Shown here: piece after piece, positions 50,546 to 64,000 of the stretch
Numbering within the stretch: the stretch's first letter is position 1
Layout of the letters: every line of letters begins with the position of its first letter
The notes under the pieces: model-generated
The model's database searches: none
What the model saw: only the letters and a program-made list of their open reading frames with translations
What the model was told of the DNA's origin: nothing
Assembly: GCF_000181795.1 (NCBI RefSeq)
Contig: NW_003526948.1
Coordinates: forward strand, 649,935 to 713,934
Direction of reading: 5' to 3'
Length of the DNA: 64,000 nucleotides
From: Trichinella spiralis
Taxonomy: Eukaryota
Translations under genes and position numbers: made by a program

Positions 50546-53037
50546 TTACTGCTGTGGGCTCCATGTAGCTTTGCGCTTTCTGCGCATGTGCTTTACGTAA
50601 TAGCAAGTGATGTAATATGGCTGGAAAAGCGACGCGAAAGAGGCATCAGTTCTGTAAACTGGACTCTGCTTTGTCCGTCCACGGTTCACCTATATAATTT
50701 TTAAATTCAAAAATATTTATCGGTAAAATTTTTAAATACGCCTTTTATTTTGTTTACTTTCATCAAATTAATTAGAGAACTATCTTTTAATAATTGTCAA
50801 TGTGTATCAATTATATAATTTTAAAAATCTCCTTAAGTAAACTGCTTTAAAATATCAGATAATAAGTAAGCATTTTGTAAACGCTGCTTTCTTTCAAAGA
50901 GCAACTTACCTTCATAGAGGTAATCTCGCATTTTTCAGCCATTTTGGTGGCCATAAGTAAATCTAGTATTGAAAAAAGATCAAATATTAAGCTGAACAGT
51001 TATAATCACTGAAAAATTTATGTCCATCAAATATACTATTTATTAATTCTAAATACATTAAAAAATTAAGAGCAAAATAAAATGCACAAAAGTGAAAAAA
51101 TAAATCAGCCTAATCATTAATAAATTACAAAGATTTGAATATGGAATAAGCAAGATAAACGAAAATGAACATGTAGATGACTAACCTGGCGAAGAAAACC
51201 AATTGCCGCATATTGAGAAATGATTACTCGTTTCACAATTCTCGTCCTAAAATTAAAAACAGATTTACTAATAATTATGTATCAGTTAATGTGAATACAT
51301 GTGATAGTGTAGATGAGGACATAATGACAGTAATATAACGTATATGTAAGAAACAGAAGTAAAAATTTCAACAACTTATGGATCAGAAATAAAAATTGTG
51401 CATGCGAAAATAATTTGAATGAACTTTCATAAAGCCGTAATATTAAAAATATTTACTGTTGATTTACTAAATATTTCAACAATGAAGCCCAGTTAATTTG
51501 CAAAAACGCAGTTAAATAACAGTTTCCAAAGCTTACTTGATGGTATAGTTGGGCAGTTATCCGGGGTTCAAATGATGTTACGCGACCTAAACGAAAAAAA
51601 CCAAGCAGTGTAAAGCGAGCATTCACTTACAAGTAATCATGTGAAGCTAATTATATATTTAAGTTATGTTAATTGTAAGTTAGTATGTCTCAGATTCGAT
51701 TTTTCTCAAACCTCAAGAAAGATTTTCCTGTTATTTGAAACATTCATGCGCTACACAAACACCAACAAACGCACAGAAACATACATTCAAACATACACTC
51801 AAATACCCACATACCCGCACAGTCAGATACACAAATACTTAGATACACATACACATACACATACACTAAAAATTTTTAGAGTTTACAAATAAAATTATGA
51901 TAAAGAAAATTCACCAATCTTACCAACCACTTTGTTGGCTGTGTATCTAATTGTGGAGAACTATCACAAAAAGATAAAGCAATGTACTTTGAAATTTCTG
52001 ATCAGTTACCAGAAATGGCTAAAAATGTTTTTAATAACAGTCATGAAGACTATCCTCAACGAAAAAATTACAATTCATCGGAAATGCAGTAGTTATCCAA
52101 CATATAAACATTACAGTCAAATGCATAGTCAGGAATTAATTGTAACAACAAAAAGCCAGTTAAAATATCATACATTTGTTTAATTTATTTTACAGAATAA
52201 ATGAACCAAGTTTCATTTATCACTGATTTTAATTTTTTTTATCAATTTAAGATATCTAAAAGATTAGCTATTCGAAATGACAAAAAGTGATATCTGAAAT
52301 TCCCGAAAAAAAGAAAGCGCTTCATAAAAACAAAATAAATAACAATTTTAAATCTTTAAATCATTTTAAAAGATGTGTTTCCAATTAAAATTTATAAATT
52401 TTTAACATTTTACACTCCTTAATTCCATACGAAGCAACAGCTCAACCCCCACTTCCCCTCCGAAAGGATTTTACACGAATAAGTTACATTAACAAAAGTA
52501 TATATGTAATATAAATTACTTATTTAAGTTCGTTTGTTCGTTAGTTGAAATTTAGAAATATATTACCCGAGAAAGAAAAGGAACGAAATTTTCTTTCTGG
52601 CACAGCTTCTCTCCTAACGCCGAAGCTTTTACTCGGAGATTCCTGAAATAAAATATAGCATAAAACACATTATAAAATATTTAATTATGAACAGTCACCA
52701 TGAATAGTCAGAACTGAGTTAAATGAATACCGATATGATCAACTGTAAACTGTTAACTGGCAAGGAAACTGCCCCTGTACAGTATTTAATGTTACCTTTA
52801 TGTCACTTTTATTGAAGATACTGTAGCAATTTATTTTTAGACTATTCAAAAACTGCATAAAAATTTACTTTTACTCGCAATTGACGTTTAAAATTATTCC
52901 AAATTTATTGAATTTTATAAAACAATTTTTAATATTTCGTTTTCAGAAGTTAAAATAATCTTACATATGAAGTGCAATCAGTTTTTTGCTTCATTTGTTA
53001 GAAAAATTGGTTCCATATTTACCTCGCTACACGACAT
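50546..53037 (-). CDS. Orphan six-exon gene, predicted 132-aa protein of unknown function
   Basis: Exons 53037-53023, 52642-52567, 51586-51537, 51246-51186, 50962-50910, 50689-50546. All are GT-AG and phase-compatible, totalling 399 nt. No family recognised. Confidence 0.55.
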
Positions 53038-53443
53038 GTTAATTTCAACTTATTTCTAATTTTTGTATAAGAATATAATTAAAAAATGGTTTACTTACAT
53101 ACATTAGCAATGTTGTTTGTAAGCATAAAACTGGAAAATCACTGCAAGCATATTTGTAGCAGTTTTGCAATTTTTTAACAATAAATAAAATAAAAAAGAA
53201 AAAATATGCAATTGTTTTCGTAAAAAAATTAATTTTGACATTGGTAACTTTAATTTTTATTTTGTGTAAAGACTACCGAAAACTTTAAAAATTTTTGTTC
53301 AGATGATATAAGCTCAGCTGTTTCTATAACCATCAAGTGGAAACATTTTTGTTTCACTTTTTTAAATTATATCGTACATGAGCACAGAAATGCCAAACGC
53401 ATTACATTAATAGAAAAATAAAATATAAGTCAGCTATTGCATA

Positions 53444-54117
53444 TCAGAATTGTGGCCGTATGAAGCCTTCGTTCACGGTATCTTGATGTTTCAATTCTTT
53501 CTCTCTTTCTTTCTTCGTCGTGAATTTTCTGCTTATGGTACGTCCTGCTGATGAAAGGCTACATATGGAAAAAGTGAAATGACCAGATTATGGAAATGTT
53601 ATCACGCGTAAGTACTATTTAGCAGCTTCTTGCCACGTCACATCCACTTCATCAGGATCTTCCAATTGCACTTTCTCGCAATTTTCGCCACTGTCATATT
53701 TCTATATATGTAAGTAAAGATAATCAAGTACCAATCAGTCTGCATCATCTCATAATTTTTTGACCGAATCTTCGATAAGTTTCAAGCAGTTGAATTCGAA
53801 ATAGTTACCTTTATTTTCGGATTGTAACTTTGAAACGAAAATCGACTATTCGACAGGTGTTCCACTTCAGCGAAGCTTTGTCGCGCTACAGAAATTTCTC
53901 TTAAAAAAATTAAAAGCATCATCACCTAGTTGAACAATTGAAAAACTTTGCTTAAACGTTTTGTTCTTCGCTTCTCCACGTTCCTGTTCCAATCTCACTT
54001 TGGTCGGCCGCATGAACTATAATGAAAATTACAAAAGTAAAAAACAAAGCAAAAATAAGTGAACATGAATTTCATAAAGCAAACTTTTAAGCTCAAACAA
54101 ATGTTCGACAATGACAT
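53444..54117 (-). CDS. MPHOSPH6: M-phase phosphoprotein 6 (MPP6), nuclear exosome cofactor (not in ORF track)
   Basis: Exons 54117-54085, 54016-53809, ~53701-53616, ~53558-53444 give MSLSNICLSLKFMRPTKVRLEQE...SRFSFQSYNPKIK...DVTWQEAAKYLSSAGRTISRKFTTKKER...GFIRPQF. These match recalled MPP6 motifs LS..L.MKFM, GRMSF.GFNP, DVSDEEMA..Y, TIGKKF..KR and FLKPQ. Confidence 0.82.
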
Positions 54118-54922
54118 CTTGCCCAAGTATTGGGTTCTTCACGCTAGAAGTACGCAAAACTGAACATTGGAAAAAAGCACAAATAATGCAAGTCTGGAAG
54201 CGTAAAATATTATTCAAAATGAAATTCTCGTTGTTAACGATCAGATCAACAAGAATAATCAAATTTCACTTTATCTTCTTTTTTTTACTATAAAGCCCAT
54301 ATATTATCAGAATGCGAATAAATAATTAATATTTATGTGAACCAAGAAAAGAAAACCTAAAGCTGAAATACCAATCGCAAAATACTGGCCAATATAACCA
54401 CAAAAATAATTTCTATCAGTCAAGAAGTAACACTGTACCTTAATTAACACTTTTTACAACCAAAAACATCACAATAAAATAGCTGTATAGCATACACAAC
54501 TGATAATAAAATTTCATATAATACATGCATGTAATATATATATACATAATCAATCAGAAACAAACATGATCACGACTAACAAACAAAAAAAGTCACAAAT
54601 ATATAGTGTTAGGTGTAATTTTTTCACTGATTTTCTCCATTTGAAGAGTTACAGAATGAATGCATCAAAGAAAAACGATATAAAGTTGTAAGAAATCATT
54701 TGATAGATAAGAATTGAAAACAAAAATGACAAAGACAAAAATGGAGAAAAAATGTAAAGAAGAAAAATTAATTGGACGACCGACAAGCACATAGCACATT
54801 TGACACACTGAATCAAAAAGAAAAACATGGAAAAACCATTTCAATCCAAGTTTGGAATCATGTTCTATAATTTGAAAAAAAGAATAGCTATCCGAAGCAT
54901 AATTTTCTTTGTTTGCTTATTT

Positions 54923-57909
<2,987 letters not shown>

Positions 57910-58731
57910 GCTGAAGAACGTTGTGACAACTATCAACAAAACGAAACATGACACACAGTGTCTTCCACATGACTAATTTGACAATCAGGTATAAATTTTA
58001 TACGCTATTTTTAAGTGCTACAGTCGAGCAATTAAATCACACAAGAATATGTAAAATTGTCATGCATAATACATATTTAATTGCTTCATTGCTATGCATT
58101 TTGAATGTTTTTCTCGTATTTTTTATCAATTTCATTAATTTCCTTAAAATGCAAAATATTTTTTTCACTGAGTCTGAAGTTCAACGACTTTTAAATTTTT
58201 AAATCCGTCAAAAGTCATGCACTTTAAAATTGTTATACTTATATTCAAATAAAAATAAAAAAATAAATTGTTTTTCTAATTTACGGTAATTATACAACAC
58301 TGCACAGTTACAATAATTTAAATCTTCTCAACTAACAGTTTAACCTGTTTTCATTCTCTTTTCCTTATTTAAATCACATAACTAATCAGCAGTTTTACAC
58401 TAAACAACTTTAAAAACATAGATGGCAACATTTTACCAATTTAGACATATAATTTATCCGTATATTTCATATAAAAGATTTTACTGAGTAATCATAAACT
58501 AGCAAATGTTCTATTTTTTTAATTTCTTAATCCACTCTTCTTTATGCACACACATAAATATACAAATATAAATATAAATAAAGAAATAAATATGTATGCA
58601 TAATGAAGAATCAATTAAAAAATTTTTTAAATGTAATTTCAATACTTGCCATCACTGTCTAAGTGATGAATTACTAAAAAAATGATGATATAATGTTCAA
58701 TGAATGTATCCTAACAACATGGATGAATCGA

Positions 58732-61700
58732 CTATAAAGCAGTCGCCATAGATGGTAAATTTATTGTTCTCTGCATTTGTCTTCGTTTGTGATAGACATT
58801 TACTTTGGCTAGCTCTTCAGACGTGTACAGCGGCTCCTCGTCTGAATCAGAGAAGCTTCCACTTCTCTTTTTCCTCTCCATCTCTTCCTAAAATCGAAAC
58901 GTAAAGTGTGTAAAATTGAAAACAGCATCAATAACACAATTCATTGACCTTTGCTTCTATGCTATCAACGTAAAGCTTCATTGCTACACCAATCTGATTT
59001 AATATTTTATCTTTTTCAGATCCGGGATTCGAAATTTTGGACGTTTTCTTTTGTGCACTATGCGGATAGATACGACATAACGAATTCAAAATTTCTTCCG
59101 CATTCACCTCAATAGGAGAAGCGGATGGCTTAGGTAAACAATAGGTAATATGATGCGCAGCATGAAGTGGAATCACTTCTTCTTCTCCTTTAACTCTTAT
59201 TACTTCTTCCTCTTCTTCTTCTTTTCCTTCTTCTTCTTCTTCTTCTCGTTCTTCATCTTCTTCATCACGATATAATTCTTTTTCTTCCTGTCCATTGCCA
59301 TCCTCAGGATATTCACCTTAAAGCAGTAGTATAATTTTGAACTGAATAACTGAAAACATATTTCTCTTTACGTAAACAACTCCACAGTGGTAATTTCGGT
59401 ACAAAACGTTGCATTCCTGACACATCTGGCTTTGGTTTCGTCTTATCCGACACAATAATTTGCACTTTCGTTTTCAGTTCTGCAAATATTTCATTCTTTG
59501 AAGATTCCAATTTCTACAACAACACAAAAAACACTTAGCATTTTCATAGTGTAATTACAGTGTAACATAGCAACGGAATATAAATTTTCCTACTAATTTA
59601 AAAAATAATTAAAACGAACAGTTCTCAAAGTATATAACAATTAAATTTCTTGATAAGATATTCATTACAAGATAATCGGTCGCTGGCAGTTGTTTATATG
59701 AGCATGGAAGAAGAGTACCATATCGACACAAATCAATATAAAGACCTGAACTTTTCACTCCGTAGTGTTTTTGTAAGCACTTCCCTCGACGCTGGAAAAC
59801 ATCCTTGATCTCTTCTGAATTGCCAACACATTGTACATAATTGCAATATTTATTCCAAAATTCCCTAAATCAAATTAAGAAAATAAAGACAAAATTATAC
59901 GACCATTCAAAAAGAACTGAACTACTGAAGAAAACTAAAAAGCGAAGAAATTAAAATTTAAATAATGCTTTAAAATGCTCCCCAGAACAATAATAAAACG
60001 TGATTTACAGAAGTTGGTTAACTGGCAGGTTTTCAGTATTTAAAAGACGTTCCACCACTGAGCGGAAATTCGTATTTTCTAAATGGACTGAAAGAAAAAC
60101 GTACTTTTTTCCATTATATATATTTCAAGAAAAGAACAGGCATTTTTTACTATTTAACTGTTTCAGATAATCCAAATAGCATTCGACAAGATCCGGCTTT
60201 GGGCCAAATATCTGAAGGGCCATTTCAAATATTTTCGACGCAACTGTTTCATCCTAAAATAACTAATCAGTGAAACATTGAATCTATAAAGAAAAAATTC
60301 TTTTGAGCCTACTTTACAACAACGATATTCCATAAAAGCAGCAGCGACGTAAACATGATATTCACATCTTTCATCTTCGCGGGCTTTTTTGAATAATGCT
60401 CTTGCGCTTTTAATACCTTCAGTTCGACGAAAATATTTCATAAACTGTATATATGCCTGTAATAATAAATTACAATAAAACTCGGTGTAAACCAGTTGAG
60501 GAAAACATAAAAATATTCATACCAAAGTTGGATTAACGTCGTTACACTCAACTAAGCGATTGTATATTACTTGAGTTTTATCAAATTTCATACGCTGCTC
60601 TTCAAAATCTGCATAAGCGAAATGTAGTAACATGTTATTCAATTTCAGAGAATGAACTGCCCGTTCAAATAAAGATATATTTGCGTTCATTAATGACATG
60701 CCCAATTTTGCATCCTCAAAAATAAATAAAAATTTGCACGCATTATCAAAAGACATAAAAACATACCCCACGTTCCATCAACAAATCACTAGCCTGCTGA
60801 ATGAATACAGATGCTTCGTACCAAATATTACAGTGAAAACTGAAACAAAGTAGTGCTTGTTCATATGCATAAATCACTAAAAAAATAGATAAATAAAATT
60901 ATTGCATACAAGGAACAGAATGAAATAAGTTATAAAACTCAAAATACCACGCTTCGCATAAAGTGCGTAATCGTCAGTTTGCAATGGATTGGATTTCTCC
61001 CAATCAATTAATTGCTTCCACAAAGCAAACTGTCGGAATTCAGATAGAGTGCGCCTTGGTGGAACAGAAACTTTGTTGCGATTCAATCCGCGCATTACAG
61101 TTTCCATCTCTTTCATCACTCGACGAGCTGACTGATAATCACGATGTTTATCCGCAATTAGCTTCTCCGCCAACACTGGATTAACACTCTAAAATAACTT
61201 CATTTTTTCACTTATTTAAAAAATTGAATTAAAAGTAAACATATTTCAAATGCTTTACAAGCAAATGATTTATGCAAAATATAATTTTTTAAAAGTTTCA
61301 CGAACCTTTTCCCAAGCGCAATACTCTGACCATAGAAGTTCCACATTCGTCAATGGAGTCGACACACCCCGGTGGTAGACCTTTCGAACTGCGCTGATTC
61401 TTTGATTTTCCGCATAGCCACCAACAGCTTGACTAAATAAAATCATCCAATTTGTGAAAAATAAAAATTAAAGAAAAAGCTGTAACGTCAATTCACCCAC
61501 ATACACTGATTTCAGGAAGGAAACATAATCGGTGTAAACCTGATAACTTTGTATATCGAATCCAATTTTCTCCATGGCAAAGTCATACACATGCGCCATT
61601 TGTTCTCTTAAATGTTCCATAACATGTACAATATTCTGTATAAAAAAATAAGCAATTCAAAATTATGCTGAAACTTTCTCACTGAAAGCTTAACAAACTG

Positions 61701-62282
61701 CCCTTTGTTTCTCGGACATATCGGACGTAGCATTTCCACAATTCGATATGCAATACTTTGGGTAAACATCGCTGAAAAAGCTATACGCACAAAACAATGC
61801 ACATAAACAGCAAATAAATGAATAAATAAAACTAATAAATGAGCAAATTCATAAATAAAACTGCCGCCTACTTTTTCCGCTTCTTCGTAATTCTGAGCAC
61901 GAATCTAAAACATAAATCAATTATTGAATTCAAGTTTAAAAGCTTAAAACTCAAAATTAAGAAGGTTTATTTAAAATAAAAAATACAATAAAATGCTTTC
62001 CAAATTTCATTAACACGTAAATAATTTTATTTACTTCTTGCTCTACATAATACCGCCAAAAACGACCACACACTGGAAAATTTTCCACAAGTCGCTCAAA
62101 AAAAGGACGGCTTTCTGCAATTGGTTTTTTCTACAAAAACGTTAATGTATGTGAAGAACAAGATGAAGAGCATTCAACTTATAAACCAAATGTTCTCGCA
62201 GAAGCATGTACCATGCTTCAATATCATATGCATCCCCTTTTACACGACTTTCTGGACTAATCTGCATGATGACACCTGCCAT
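58732..62282 (-). CDS. CSTF3: Cleavage stimulation factor 77 kDa subunit (CstF-77 / suf-1 / Rna14), HAT-repeat protein
   Basis: Multi-exon. [25 protein letters not shown]..., [106 protein letters not shown], and terminal VYHKRRQ; TAG at 58732-58734. Confidence 0.94.
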
Positions 62283-63794
62283 TGATAACCTACAAAAATC
62301 ATATTAACACTAAAAATAATGTTCTCACTTATGAACTCAAGCTATTTTGATTTAACATTCAAATATTAAAAAATTTATAAACCTTTAAGTTGCAAACTGA
62401 TCGATTAAAAGATACTAGTAAATGTCGCAAAGTTTAAATATGATAGATAACTTCAATTAACAAAGTTTAAAAAACTACACCTAAATCGTAGCAAATTCTT
62501 TAGAGTTATGCTATTTACTTCCTAAAAAATTAGGATGAAACATATAAAATGCATAGATGATAAATCTACAATAACACATTTAACATTTTCAATAGCAGTG
62601 GTTCATAAATATATACCTTTCAAAAACAATGAAATTTCTGTATGCCGAGTTCTTCAACTGAATATTTAAAACTCAGATCGGATCATGAAAAACTAAATCT
62701 TTGCTTACACTTAAAAATGATCGTGTTCAACAAAAATTCAAAAAAAAACTAATTTTTATTTGTTAATATTTCGAGACATAAATACAGTAAGCTAACATGT
62801 AATTAAGTATTATTCCATTTGATCTTATTATAATTTTTATTTATAAATTAATTCAGTTTTCAGTTTAATAGTTTTTTCATATTTATGATGTGTCTACAAA
62901 CCAATTTCCAATTTTGATATTCAATTTCAAGTATGAGTGTTACCAGCTTAGATTTTAAGAAAAATAGAACATCAGGTTTTATTAGTAAATTTTAAAAAAA
63001 TATCAAGTTAAAAAAGCAGTTAATTATTCATTTCGTTTTATTCATCAGTTATTTAATAATGAAGTTATCAATCAGGCAAGACTGGCAGAACACACTATTA
63101 CAGATAAGCATTTGAATTGTAATCCTAGTAATTGAAATACGGCTTTGTTATTTCTTCATTTCAAATTTTTATATGCTTTTAGAAAAATCTGAATTTTTAA
63201 TCGTCTTTTCGTAACTGCGTTTCTGGATTTGTAGTAGAGATTAAAAACCGATTTTCAGTGTAAAACAGCTTTCTCTTCGAATGGATAATAGCTCTTTTGA
63301 AAATTTGCTAGAACAACTACTCGGCACCTTATAATCACTGAATTTTTCTAACAGAAAAATACAGAAAGAATAAGGATGTGCATGCATAAGATTAGGACTA
63401 CAGTATACTTTTAATACCAAGTTACATCAGAACTGACAGGAATATTAACCGTTTCTTTAAGTAGTATGCATATCTGCAAACGTAAAAAACTAAATAAAAA
63501 TTTCTTACAACAATATACAAAAAATTTTATTTTATATCATTTCTTTTCTTCAAATGAATCGTTTCAGGTCCTCCAAATTGGGATGTTTAAAACTATCATA
63601 AAATTTATATTGCGTATAAGTGACCATAAAAATATTTTACTTTTTATTTTTATCGGAATTTTTTAATCATATAAACCATTTATCATTTTATATAATAAAA
63701 ATATGTTGACACCAAATCTATTCAAGTAAGCTTTCAATATTCCATTTTATTTCATATTCAAAAAATTTCCATTTTTATTCTTCAATAGTCTTCT

Positions 63795-64000
63795 TTACTT
63801 TTTCTTAGGCTTCAATGCAACTTGCTCCACACTGGTGAAAAAATCATCATCAGCCAAATTCAGCATTAAACTCCCAGTATTCAAATAGGCACGGTTAGCT
63901 GACTGAGCAAGCTAAAATAAAGCATTATTTTCCATTATTTATATCTACACTTTAGAAAAAAAATTCTCACCGTTCGTGCAATGTTCTGTGCAGCTCTTAT
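63795..64000 (-). CDS. PHB2: Prohibitin-2, 3' end only (gene runs off the window)
   Basis: Exons 64000-63971 and 63911-63795 give IRAAQNIARTLAQSANRAYLNTGSLMLNLADDDFFTSVEQVALKPKKK*, matching the recalled PHB2 C-terminus ([20 protein letters not shown]...LVLNL). Confidence 0.85.

Noticed and set aside
51545..51580. GGTTCAAAT B-box/tRNA-like motif
   Set aside because: No cloverleaf can be formed, and it lies within an exon of the orphan gene on the other strand.
61790..61870. Multiple AATAAA hexamers in a CSTF3 intron, suggesting the known intronic-polyadenylation autoregulation
   Set aside because: They are on the plus strand; the sense (minus) strand reads TTTATT, so they are not poly(A) signals for CSTF3.
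62600..63600. Short plus-strand open stretches with splice-like signals between CSTF3 and PHB2
   Set aside because: I could not assemble a phase-consistent gene; the candidate introns were too short or introduced stops.

Overview
This is eukaryotic, very AT-rich genomic DNA with many short (about 50-100 bp) GT-AG introns. It is most consistent with a nematode, probably a clade I genus such as Trichinella; that is inference from composition, intron size and gene style. I assembled exons by hand from splice signals and reading-frame phase, which gave ten intron-containing protein genes plus one partial gene. In order: a large Rap1GAP locus (+) whose spliced product carries a complete LIM domain, a GoLoco motif, the RapGAP domain and a C-terminal coiled coil; an NCOA6-like coactivator (-); PDE6D/pdl-1 (+); an SK/KCNN potassium channel (-); MPPE1/PGAP5 (-) head-to-head with MRPL52 (+); a six-exon orphan gene (-); MPP6/MPHOSPH6 (-); Rab2 (-); CstF-77/CSTF3 (-); and the 3' end of prohibitin-2 (-). 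MRPL52, MPP6, PHB2 and the orphan are essentially absent from the ORF track. The most notable structure is the Rap1GAP locus. Its LIM domain is split over three exons across about 11.5 kb, several phase-matched candidate alternative first exons would swap or remove the LIM and GoLoco modules, and it has one strongly supported and one probable GC-AG intron. Other highlights are the NCOA6-like protein with its LxxLL box, an acidic insertion in the CstF-77 Pro-rich region, and a tightly packed minus-strand cluster that may be an operon. I recognised no tRNA, rRNA, CRISPR array or transposon. All homology calls come from recalled family motifs, not database searches.
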